A stretch of DNA of 40,451 nucleotides from a virus (taxonomy: Duplodnaviria; Caudoviricetes): the IMG/VR virus record IMGVR_UViG_3300037195_000340, positions 1 through 40,451 of that record; one strand, written 5' to 3'. Positions 1-7,772 of this stretch are shown in pieces. Within the stretch, counting starts at the first letter, position 1; each line of letters opens with the position of its first letter. The notes beneath the pieces are model-generated. The model saw only the letters and a program-made list of their open reading frames with translations. It was not told the origin of the DNA and searched no databases. The position numbers were made by a program, and so were the translations under genes.

Positions 1-101
1 TATAAAAAAAAACACAGTGCTATAACAAATAGTGACATAGTTTGTCAATATAAAACAAATATTCACACCCAGTAACACCAGTTAACACCCAGTAAACTCT
101 A
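1..101. repeat. Direct terminal repeat (late-end copy)
   Basis: 1-101 matches 40350-40451 except for a 9-A versus 10-A run; each copy is flanked internally by short-repeat arrays, as in T7. Confidence 0.85.
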
Positions 102-280
102 GTCACACCCAGTAAACTCTAGTCACACCCAGTAAACTCTAGTTTAACACCGTGAAACACCAGTTAGCACCCAGTGAACCATAGTTGTACCCAGTGAACC
201 ATAGTTATACCTAGTGTACTTTAGTTGTACCTAGTGTACTCTAGTTACACACGGTTAACCATAGTTGGACTAGGTGTACC
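64..280. repeat. Short tandem repeat array next to the terminal repeat (T7 SRR-like)
   Basis: Repeated CACCCAGTAAACTCTAGT / ACCCAGTGAACCATAGTT / ACCTAGTGTAC units of ~18-19 bp. Confidence 0.8.
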
Positions 281-401
281 AAAGTTTTACGGGGGATACT
301 AAGGTTTGATGGGTGTTACAAAGGTTTGATGGGGGAAACGGGGGGCGTGAGGTTTAATATACCACCTCAGATATTTTTTCAATTTTTTAAGAGGGCTTCG
401 C

Positions 402-444
402 TAAGTATCTGAAATAACTCCATCTTGAGCGAAACCCAGTATAG
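402..444. repeat. ~43-bp dispersed repeat, copy 1
   Basis: TAAGTATCTGAAATAACTCCATCTTGAGCGAAACCCAGTATAG resembles 657-699. Confidence 0.75.
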
Positions 445-656
445 TTAAATACATTGTAGGCGTAGCATCAACGCCTCGTTAACCTTGCCTCATGATAGGG
501 TATCACGATCATACCCCCTTATAGAGAACTAGGTGTCATTACTGATATACGGTATATCCATAAGTAGCCATAATAACCTCCTGTATTTATCCAGTACCTA
601 TCATTTAGTGATAGTTGTTGGTATATTTTTGTTAGAAAAAAGAAGAATACCTTCTG

Positions 657-699
657 TAAGTACCTAAAATACCATCATCTTGAGCGAAACACAGTATAG
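657..699. repeat. ~43-bp dispersed repeat, copy 2
   Basis: TAAGTACCTAAAATACCATCATCTTGAGCGAAACACAGTATAG. Confidence 0.75.
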
Positions 700-723
700 G
701 CTCCCTGTAACACTGGGGTATCT

Positions 724-1023
724 CTAGGTTTCACCTGATGTAACCAGTTGATTCTGGGTGAAAAAAAGCGAAACACAGTGAGCTAAAGTTTCTTCCATGT
801 GTATATCCAACTGACATCCGAGTATCTCACATAGTGCATGGAAACACTCGTGTGTAAGACAGCGTCTAAAGTGCTCATAGTCGTCATACACCTCTTTCAA
901 ATAGATATGGGTATCTATACATAGACCATCTGCTTCCTCTTGGTTACACTTCCATTCTGAGACCGTCACGGGTACCTTAGTACCAAGTATGTTGACCTCA
1001 GTTATATAAGGTGTTTTAAACAT
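724..1023 (-). CDS. Small HEXXH zinc metallopeptidase-like protein (ImmA/IrrE-like)
   Basis: LTHECFHAL motif with downstream EE; AAGGAG RBS. Confidence 0.55.
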   Translation of the reverse strand: MFKTPYITEVNILGTKVPVTVSEWKCNQEEADGLCIDTHIYLKEVYDDYEHFRRCLTHECFHALCEILGCQLDIHMEETLAHCVSLFFTQNQLVTSGET

Positions 1024-1304
1024 GTATTCTCCTTATCTTGTTTAATGATTATTAAACATGTTATTGTGTTAAACATATAGTATAATATATATATATATAT
1101 ATAATTATCTAACAATTATATATTGTGTTATATATTTCTTAAATATTTCCTCCCCTTCTTATCCCCACTATATGTCTCTAAGTGCCACTAGGTGTTACTA
1201 TAGTGATACATAGTTAGATATAGGAGGGAGGGAGGGGGAGGGATAACTAGGTAATACTAGGTCATATAGAGCGATACATAGTATACTGGGAGTAACTTGA
1301 TTGG

Positions 1305-1347
1305 TTCCCTCATTAGTCTACGCTATTGAAGTACTTGAAATCATTGA
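1305..1347 (-). promoter_or_regulatory. Putative phage RNA polymerase promoter near the late end (T7 phiOR-like position)
   Basis: Minus strand TCAATGATTTCAAGTACTTCAATAGCGTAGACTAATGAGGGAA is near-identical to two copies just downstream of the RNAP gene; T7-like ACTA..+GAGGGA layout. Confidence 0.75.
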
Positions 1348-3047
1348 TGTTTTCTACCCATGTTACGTATCCTAAGTCCTTGATTATTCGATCTGTAGCC
1401 CATGTCATACCAATCTTCTATGAACTTATCTAGTTGTGCATCAAAAGCTTCTTCTCTACGTTGTTGTTCCTGCATGTGTTGGTCAACACTCAGTTGCTCT
1501 AGGAAGTACTGGACCATCATAGCCAGTGCATCTAGTCTATCATCGTGTGCTAAAGAACCACGCTCCTTAGAGAGTCGTGTCATCTGGTAGAACAACATAT
1601 ACTTAGTAGCCGTGTCGCTTGTATATCTTTCCATAGCTGTATCATAGTCCTTCTGAATAACCTGAGGGTCTATAATAAGTCTATGCTGATTCATTACAGG
1701 TTCTAACGTATCAATAATACGCAGTTCCTTTTGTATGTTCTGTCTTACCTCGTCCACTGAACAAGGGTATATTCTCGTTAAATGTGGTTTAAGTAGTTGA
1801 GAAAACATACCATCTCCGAAATTGGATTCAATTATAATCTTATTAACTTTGTACTTCTTAGCAATTTCAGCTAATTGTATCATCGCATCGTCTGAGTATC
1901 CTCCAACAATCCCACCTGCATCTGGAACAAAGATGTTACCGTGCAACATGAAGCCCACAGCATAGGCTGTCTCGTCTTTACCACGCCCAGAAGGGTCAAT
2001 GGCAAGGGTACGCATCATAGGCTCTGAGAATCCGTCTGAGAGCTTCTCGTGACTATAATAGTCTTGTCCTGCTGTAGCAACATTAGGTAAATCCTTTAGT
2101 TTCACTAGGGGGTTCTTGGACCAATAAATTTCATTAGGTAGTTTCTCACCAACATGAGATATAATAAGATCATCAATCTTAAGAGGAAATTTATCAGCAT
2201 CAGATAAAGAAGTATCAAGCATAAACTGTAATGCAAAACCTGAACGTCCATAAGAAAGTAGACGTTTAGCTAGGTCTTCATCTGTAAATCGAGTATCTGT
2301 AGTAGTACCTGCATCCTTAGTCTCCATCATCTTACGAATAAAAGGAGCTAGTTTAGGACCGTAACTAAGTGCTTGCTGTTCCGTAGGTACCTGAGCACAC
2401 CAGATTCTCACTTCGTACCCTCTGTTATACAGGGTATTATATAGTGACATCTCAGTTTGCGGAGTACCAAGGTAGATGTTCCTACCATTCGGTTTAATAA
2501 CAGCATCGAACTCTGTAACAAGTCTAGCGAGTTTCTCACGTAGATCATGTGTAGCTGAGTTAGATACTACCTCGATATCATCTGCAATAATGATGTCAGC
2601 ACGGGAACCTGTGATTTGTCCTGTGATACCTACTGACTTAACACTAGGTGAACCTGAGGTTGTTCTACCGTTGACATCGAAGATATTCTGTGTCGCTCGG
2701 TGTCCCTTGTTTTTATCAGGTTCCATGTGTTTTAATATATCGACATTCCTAATAAGGTTTCTAACAAATATGGCAAAAGCATCTGCTCTATCCTTACCTG
2801 CTGAAACTACCAGTATTTCTAAGTCTCTGTTGTATTTAAGTTTCCAACATACATAAGCTGCTGTTAGATAAGACTTCCCGACTCCACGGAAAGCCTCGAC
2901 GATACAACGCTCAGGACCATGTTGCAGGTACCAAGCGATATCGTTTTGAACTGGAGTCAATGGGGGTAAATCCAGTGACTTCCAGATATGATGACAAAAG
3001 TTCCTGAAATCCTTTTCAAGACCTTTCATGTACTTGTCTGAGTACAT
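1341..3047 (-). CDS. Terminase large subunit (T7 gp19-like)
   Basis: AFRGVGKS Walker A, GSRADIIIADDIE Walker B, IDPSGRGKDET and HDDRLDALA nuclease motifs; start moved to MYSDK, which has an AAGGAG RBS. Confidence 0.97.
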   Translation of the reverse strand: MYSDKYMKGLEKDFRNFCHHIWKSLDLPPLTPVQNDIAWYLQHGPERCIVEAFRGVGKSYLTAAYVCWKLKYNRDLEILVVSAGKDRADAFAIFVRNLIRNVDILKHMEPDKNKGHRATQNIFDVNGRTTSGSPSVKSVGITGQITGSRADIIIADDIEVVSNSATHDLREKLARLVTEFDAVIKPNGRNIYLGTPQTEMSLYNTLYNRGYEVRIWCAQVPTEQQALSYGPKLAPFIRKMMETKDAGTTTDTRFTDEDLAKRLLSYGRSGFALQFMLDTSLSDADKFPLKIDDLIISHVGEKLPNEIYWSKNPLVKLKDLPNVATAGQDYYSHEKLSDGFSEPMMRTLAIDPSGRGKDETAYAVGFMLHGNIFVPDAGGIVGGYSDDAMIQLAEIAKKYKVNKIIIESNFGDGMFSQLLKPHLTRIYPCSVDEVRQNIQKELRIIDTLEPVMNQHRLIIDPQVIQKDYDTAMERYTSDTATKYMLFYQMTRLSKERGSLAHDDRLDALAMMVQYFLEQLSVDQHMQEQQRREEAFDAQLDKFIEDWYDMGYRSNNQGLRIRNMGRKHQ

Positions 3048-3048
3048 A

Positions 3049-3738
3049 TTATTCTCCTTTATAAACCTCATCTATTAATTCATAGTAAAGAGATTCACTT
3101 GGTTTGTGAAAGAAATCATTCCAGTAAAATGTTTCCCATTCTTTAAATGATCTAAACTTTGTAGACTTCTTAAGTACGTTCTCACTCGTCATTCTTTCGA
3201 TTAGACGTAGTGCTCTCTGGTCTCCCCCAGAAGCTCTGTGAGTACCAATTACGGTGTACTCAGTAGCCATTCTATAGTTACCTTGCTGTAATATAGCAAA
3301 ACACATACTATAACAAAACTTATCAGCTACAGTAAAGAAAAATACGTTATCTCTATCTTGATATTCTTTCATTAAGTTCATAACACCAAAACCTGCAAAC
3401 ACAGAACCACCGCCTGAATACATACGTAATTCAATAACTGGTCTAGCTTGTTTAACAAGTAAAGTGTCTTTAATAATAGGAATCTTTTTTAGAATATTAA
3501 TTACTGTCTTCTGTGTTTCCACTTTGATTCTGATTTTATGTTCCACATCTTTCATACTAGATTCATCAACACGCTGTGACATATAGATAGTATTAGTAAA
3601 GATGTTATACTTACTCAGAGTACTAGTCTCATAGTTCTTAACTAAAGTATTATGAAGTACTGCTGTAGTGAAACATAGTCCAATAATTATAACCGACATA
3701 GCTAGTTTGTTAAAAAGAAACTTTACTGTATTGCTCAT
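3049..3738 (-). CDS. Membrane-anchored ClpP-like (S14/S49 family) serine protease
   Basis: N-terminal hydrophobic helix; YSGGGSV, CYSMCFAILQQG (Ser), IGTHRASGG (His) and NDFF..SESLYYELIDEV (Asp) follow the ClpP motif order. Confidence 0.8.
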   Translation of the reverse strand: MSNTVKFLFNKLAMSVIIIGLCFTTAVLHNTLVKNYETSTLSKYNIFTNTIYMSQRVDESSMKDVEHKIRIKVETQKTVINILKKIPIIKDTLLVKQARPVIELRMYSGGGSVFAGFGVMNLMKEYQDRDNVFFFTVADKFCYSMCFAILQQGNYRMATEYTVIGTHRASGGDQRALRLIERMTSENVLKKSTKFRSFKEWETFYWNDFFHKPSESLYYELIDEVYKGE

Positions 3739-3968
3739 TATTCTTCTCCTACTGTAAATGGCAAATCCTCAACAGCCGTAACTGTCTCATATAATTCACC
3801 AAGATTTTTATTTTCTGTTGGGTCTGCTTGTACATTATTCTCTTTAAGGAAACGTATAGCAGCCCCTAAGTCCTGAGCTGTTGCTTCACCAGACTTTATC
3901 TTATCAATTAGGTCTTTAGCTACTAATCCATGTAGCTGATCTAATAATTCTTCTGTTGCTTTACTCAT
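3738..3968 (-). CDS. Terminase small subunit (T7 gp18-like)
   Basis: LHGLVAKDLIDKIKSGEATAQDLGAAIRFLKENN pattern and synteny. Confidence 0.85.
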   Translation of the reverse strand: MSKATEELLDQLHGLVAKDLIDKIKSGEATAQDLGAAIRFLKENNVQADPTENKNLGELYETVTAVEDLPFTVGEE

Positions 3969-4303
3969 TTAACAACTCCTTTTATCTTTTCAAAACTACG
4001 TAAAGATGCATAACCTAATAAATAGTATAACATTTCTGTAGCTGATGTAAGGTCATGTTTTGGTAGTCCAAATAAAGGTTGTACTAAGTTATATATGAAA
4101 CTAAATACACAAATATAAGCTAGTAAGGGTCTCCATGAAGATTGGAACCAATTACCTTTAGCATCTGCTTCGTTAATTCTTTGACTACTGGTATCATGCT
4201 TAGTCAGTATCTCAGTAAGTTTAGCTTCTGCCTTTAAACGTTCTTCATCGCTTGTAAATAAATCATCTAAACCATTGAGTATACTACTTATTAAGTTACC
4301 CAT
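3965..4303 (-). CDS. Holin (GTA-holin/3TM-like family)
   Basis: DDLFTSDEER...SSWRPLLAY...LLGYASLRSFEKIKGV family pattern; hydrophobic segments. Confidence 0.75.
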   Translation of the reverse strand: MGNLISSILNGLDDLFTSDEERLKAEAKLTEILTKHDTSSQRINEADAKGNWFQSSWRPLLAYICVFSFIYNLVQPLFGLPKHDLTSATEMLYYLLGYASLRSFEKIKGVVK

Positions 4304-4316
4304 CTTTATCTCCTTA

Positions 4317-4562
4317 TTATAATATTTTAAATCTAATTAAAGTAAAAAGTATTGAACTGGCAATTACAATACCACCAAAGATTTTATCGTGAGTATCTAT
4401 CCGTTTATCAATACGCTCTAATTTTCTGTCTTGTTCATCAAAGCGTTTATCGCCTTTATCTAGGTTTTCTCTGATGTGCTTTAGTTGTTCTTGGTTGACA
4501 GCTTGTCCTGTCTTGATTTCACCAAGTTCCCTTAGTATCTTGTTTATACTGTCATTTGACAT
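4317..4562 (-). CDS. Coiled-coil protein with C-terminal TM helix (XhlA-like lysis accessory/holin)
   Basis: Heptad-rich N-terminus, C-terminal hydrophobic helix, GGAGG RBS, adjacent to holin. Confidence 0.55.
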   Translation of the reverse strand: MSNDSINKILRELGEIKTGQAVNQEQLKHIRENLDKGDKRFDEQDRKLERIDKRIDTHDKIFGGIVIASSILFTLIRFKIL

Positions 4563-4630
4563 TGTACCTCCTTGTTTTAAAGGTTAGGTATAAAATTTTA
4601 AAATTCTTACCTCCTGTTTAAAATGAAAAT

Positions 4631-4716
4631 TGAGCAGTTTGAATCTCATACTCAGGAGCTATAGCATCGAAACACTATAGGGGATATTGAGCAGTTTTAG
4701 TACAATACTCAGGTAC
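4631..4716 (-). ncRNA. Structured RNA: H-type pseudoknot, UUCG hairpin, H-type pseudoknot
   Basis: GUAC-C-UGAGUA-UU-GUAC-UAAAAC-UGCUCA (4688-4716); CUAUAGUGU-UUCG-AUGCUAUAG (4659-4680); CUC-C-UGAGUA-U-GAG-AUUCAAAC-UGCUCA (4631-4658); stem 1 differs in sequence between copies but pairs in both. Confidence 0.65.
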
Positions 4717-4753
4717 AAATGAATCGTTAGACAATTATCATCGGGTTAAGTTA

Positions 4754-4864
4754 TTACTCGTTTGATACTCTCTTCTCAAATTGATGATCGTCCTTAATAT
4801 GGGATTTCAAATCCTTTCTAATCCCTTTTACCTCTTCATAAAGTAATTTTTCAAATTCAGTCAT
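4754..4864 (-). CDS. 36-aa coiled-coil ORF, possibly a truncated remnant
   Basis: MTEFEKLLYEEVKGIRKDLKSHIKDDHQFEKRVSNE immediately after the tail fibre stop, with AGGA upstream. Confidence 0.4.
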   Translation of the reverse strand: MTEFEKLLYEEVKGIRKDLKSHIKDDHQFEKRVSNE

Positions 4865-4872
4865 ACTATTTC

Positions 4873-7752
4873 CTATGAGTAAAGCGGTCTTGCTGTGTCG
4901 TAGTAGTCGAAAGGGTAAACAATATCAGCGTCCGATGTATATGCTCCCCCATACGTGATTGTTAAATCACCCTCGTTTGCACCGTCATAATAATATGTAA
5001 TATCAACATAATTAGTATTTGTTCCGATAATATTCTGGTAGGCGTCGATACTTGTGAGCTTGTGCCAGATGGCACCAACTGGCTTGAGTGTATTAGGCAG
5101 TCCAGTCAATTTAGTTCCCGATGTTCCATCAACACCCCTCCTAAACACCTGATACCAAACATCGTTTACTTTAATCCTCTTCCCGAATACTGCGTACTCG
5201 TTACCGTCGGCGATGATTTCGTCGACTGGGATTGAGATGGCTTGTTTATCAAAAACAGGAGACACTTGGATAAAAGAGTTTATACCTGTTAGATTATTGT
5301 CTCCGTAAATAAAGTCATTAGAGCTAGCAGATGCGTCTATCTCAATTACTCCTGTAGGCGACTCAACTATCAGACTAGCACCGAAAGGTTGAATATGTGC
5401 ATCGTGATCGGTGTCCAATCTAAGTGATTTTAAAGTGCTAGTACCATCCGTTATATCAATGGTTAATGAACCGGAGCCACTAGCTCGAGTCATCATACTG
5501 GATAAATCTACAAGATGCTTAGTATTCGGAGCCACATTAAATGTAGTTACCGTGGCTGTTCCTGTAATATTTGAAGGGATTGTGTACTCTTGCACTTCTC
5601 CAAAATCCACCTCACTCATAATAGAGCGACGGTTTACTGCTTCGGTGATGTTGAGGTAGTTGAACCCTTCAGAATCATTGATTGTACCACCTGTATCCAT
5701 TCTAATCGAAATTATGTCTCCAGCAACAAGATCACTAATACCGCTGCACTCGCCTGCTGCAACAGAGGAAGCCGTCGTTTTAACACCTCCTGTAGCATAG
5801 AAAGACCCGTTTACGTATACATCCATCCTCCTGTCACCTGATGATGTGAATCTGGCACCGAACGACAAGTCAATTATACTGCTGCTAGATTGCACAGTGT
5901 ATTGAAAATTTATCGTATCCCACCCTTTTCCACTCGCTTGATAAGGAATATTTTCAGTATCAGCAGTGATTGCCTCATCGTCAGCATTTCGCGCTACTAC
6001 ACTATTAACCTCAACCCATTGCCCAATACTTCTAGGATTAGAATCCGACTGAATAAAGTCTACATAAAATAGATTAGCAGCAGTTCCAAGCTCAGATACA
6101 AATTTAAACGTGCATTTTCTATCGAGGCTTCCATGTCTCCAAGGCAGCATCCAATCTATGTTAATTGTTTTAAATCTTGCTTCTGATATAAAAGGCAGTC
6201 CACTTCCAGTTTGTTTAAGGTCTACTGATCGAACTAAATTACCATCAAAGTCATAAACTTCAAAAGTAACAGGATTCCCATCGTAATTCATATAGCTCAA
6301 TGTCGTCTGGTTGCTTTGAGCATCAACAGCTCTGTAAGGTATCTCGACTTCTATCTCTGCGCTATCATTTGCAGCAGGTAGGTCGATGCTAAACGATTGT
6401 GACCCATCTAGTCCACCAACGTACGTTGTTCCACCCTGTAGTGAAACAGCTCCTGTACCTGTGGTTGTCCAATTCTCAAGTAATACGGTATCTGCTGAGA
6501 CTAACCCCCATGAAGTTGCTGAACCTGAACCTCCAGAACCTCCTGATTCCACTAGAGCACCATCTGTAATAGTGTAACTCTTTTTTAAATCAGTAGCATA
6601 TACTTTTTCACCCTCAGTTCCAGAAGAAGAAGCATAAGATGTTAGATTAGTTAAAGTATCTTTTCTAGGTACAAGTTTCTCAGTATCAGTTATACTTGCA
6701 CCTTGTAACGTCTTATTAGTAAGTGTTTGTATCTCAGTTGTACCTACTATCTCAGTAACACCGTGTGTACTCGTATCGGCTTCGTGTGTCGCTAAGTCAC
6801 CACCGATTGTTCCTGCAGATTCAACTGCTGTCTCTAACTCCTGTAGAGCACCTTTAACATTGTTATCATCTGTTATAGTGCTACCACTAAAAGTACCTAA
6901 GTCTTGGTCTGATAGAGTTACACCTAAAATTGACTCGGTGTCACTAAGTGCTGTTGTATTGACTGATGTTGTATTCTGTAAAGCACTTATGTCTGATTCA
7001 TTTTGTGATACTCTGTTGGTTAGTAATGTCATAGCATTTTGTAACGCTAGGATATCACTTTGGTTAACCGTGATTGTATCTAGTTCTACATAGCTGACAA
7101 TGCGTTGCATGTTACCTACATCAAATACAGGTGCAGGATTTAGCTCAGTTGTTACTTTATACAGAATATTACTATGTTCTATTAAAGCTCCTACTTTATA
7201 AATCTCACCTTGTGTATATGTTCTAATACCTAATAGTTCTAAAACAGTACCTAAGTTAGTAGCTGAATCTTCATTAGTAGGGTCTCCTACGTTGACAATT
7301 TCTGCTGTATTAGCATCGACTGTATTAGTAACTGGGTCATACTGTAGTGAACCATTTAAAAAGTTGTCATACGCTTCTTGTAATAAATAAAATGTTTGAT
7401 TAGCATTTAAGTCCAGTTCTTCCTCGGTAAGATTAGCACCGTCTTGAAAATCAACAAGTCTTGTGTCTAACTGTGTTGATCTGTTAATAGTTAGTGGTAC
7501 CTGTGTTTCACCTGCTATTGGATAAATAGCATTTAGTTTATCCACACCTACCTGAGTCAATTGAATTAAATAATCAGAAGTAAATGTATAATCTGCTGCA
7601 TCAAGTACAGTAGTTTTATCTACTTCTAACTTAAAATCCGTTTGATCTAAATAAGGAAAACTGAACGTAAATGAATCACTAGTATTAAAAGGTAAATCAA
7701 CCAGATATGCTACGATTGTGTTAGCACCAGTGTTTACTTCTATAGCTGCCAT
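4873..7752 (-). CDS. Tail fibre / receptor-binding protein (T7 gp17-like N-terminus)
   Basis: FTFSFPYL...RST..RLVDFQDGANLTEEELDLNANQTFYLLQE gp17 anchor domain, then coiled coil and beta-rich C-terminus. Confidence 0.92.
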   Translation of the reverse strand: MAAIEVNTGANTIVAYLVDLPFNTSDSFTFSFPYLDQTDFKLEVDKTTVLDAADYTFTSDYLIQLTQVGVDKLNAIYPIAGETQVPLTINRSTQLDTRLVDFQDGANLTEEELDLNANQTFYLLQEAYDNFLNGSLQYDPVTNTVDANTAEIVNVGDPTNEDSATNLGTVLELLGIRTYTQGEIYKVGALIEHSNILYKVTTELNPAPVFDVGNMQRIVSYVELDTITVNQSDILALQNAMTLLTNRVSQNESDISALQNTTSVNTTALSDTESILGVTLSDQDLGTFSGSTITDDNNVKGALQELETAVESAGTIGGDLATHEADTSTHGVTEIVGTTEIQTLTNKTLQGASITDTEKLVPRKDTLTNLTSYASSSGTEGEKVYATDLKKSYTITDGALVESGGSGGSGSATSWGLVSADTVLLENWTTTGTGAVSLQGGTTYVGGLDGSQSFSIDLPAANDSAEIEVEIPYRAVDAQSNQTTLSYMNYDGNPVTFEVYDFDGNLVRSVDLKQTGSGLPFISEARFKTINIDWMLPWRHGSLDRKCTFKFVSELGTAANLFYVDFIQSDSNPRSIGQWVEVNSVVARNADDEAITADTENIPYQASGKGWDTINFQYTVQSSSSIIDLSFGARFTSSGDRRMDVYVNGSFYATGGVKTTASSVAAGECSGISDLVAGDIISIRMDTGGTINDSEGFNYLNITEAVNRRSIMSEVDFGEVQEYTIPSNITGTATVTTFNVAPNTKHLVDLSSMMTRASGSGSLTIDITDGTSTLKSLRLDTDHDAHIQPFGASLIVESPTGVIEIDASASSNDFIYGDNNLTGINSFIQVSPVFDKQAISIPVDEIIADGNEYAVFGKRIKVNDVWYQVFRRGVDGTSGTKLTGLPNTLKPVGAIWHKLTSIDAYQNIIGTNTNYVDITYYYDGANEGDLTITYGGAYTSDADIVYPFDYYDTARPLYS

Positions 7753-7772
7753 TTACGCTCCTTTGTTAATGT

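Noticed and set aside
64-280. Terminal short repeats as a CRISPR array
   Set aside because: No unique spacers; typical of T7-like end arrays
455-520. Second hammerhead near the late end
   Set aside because: Two hairpins are present but the core CUGAUGA and GAAA are not
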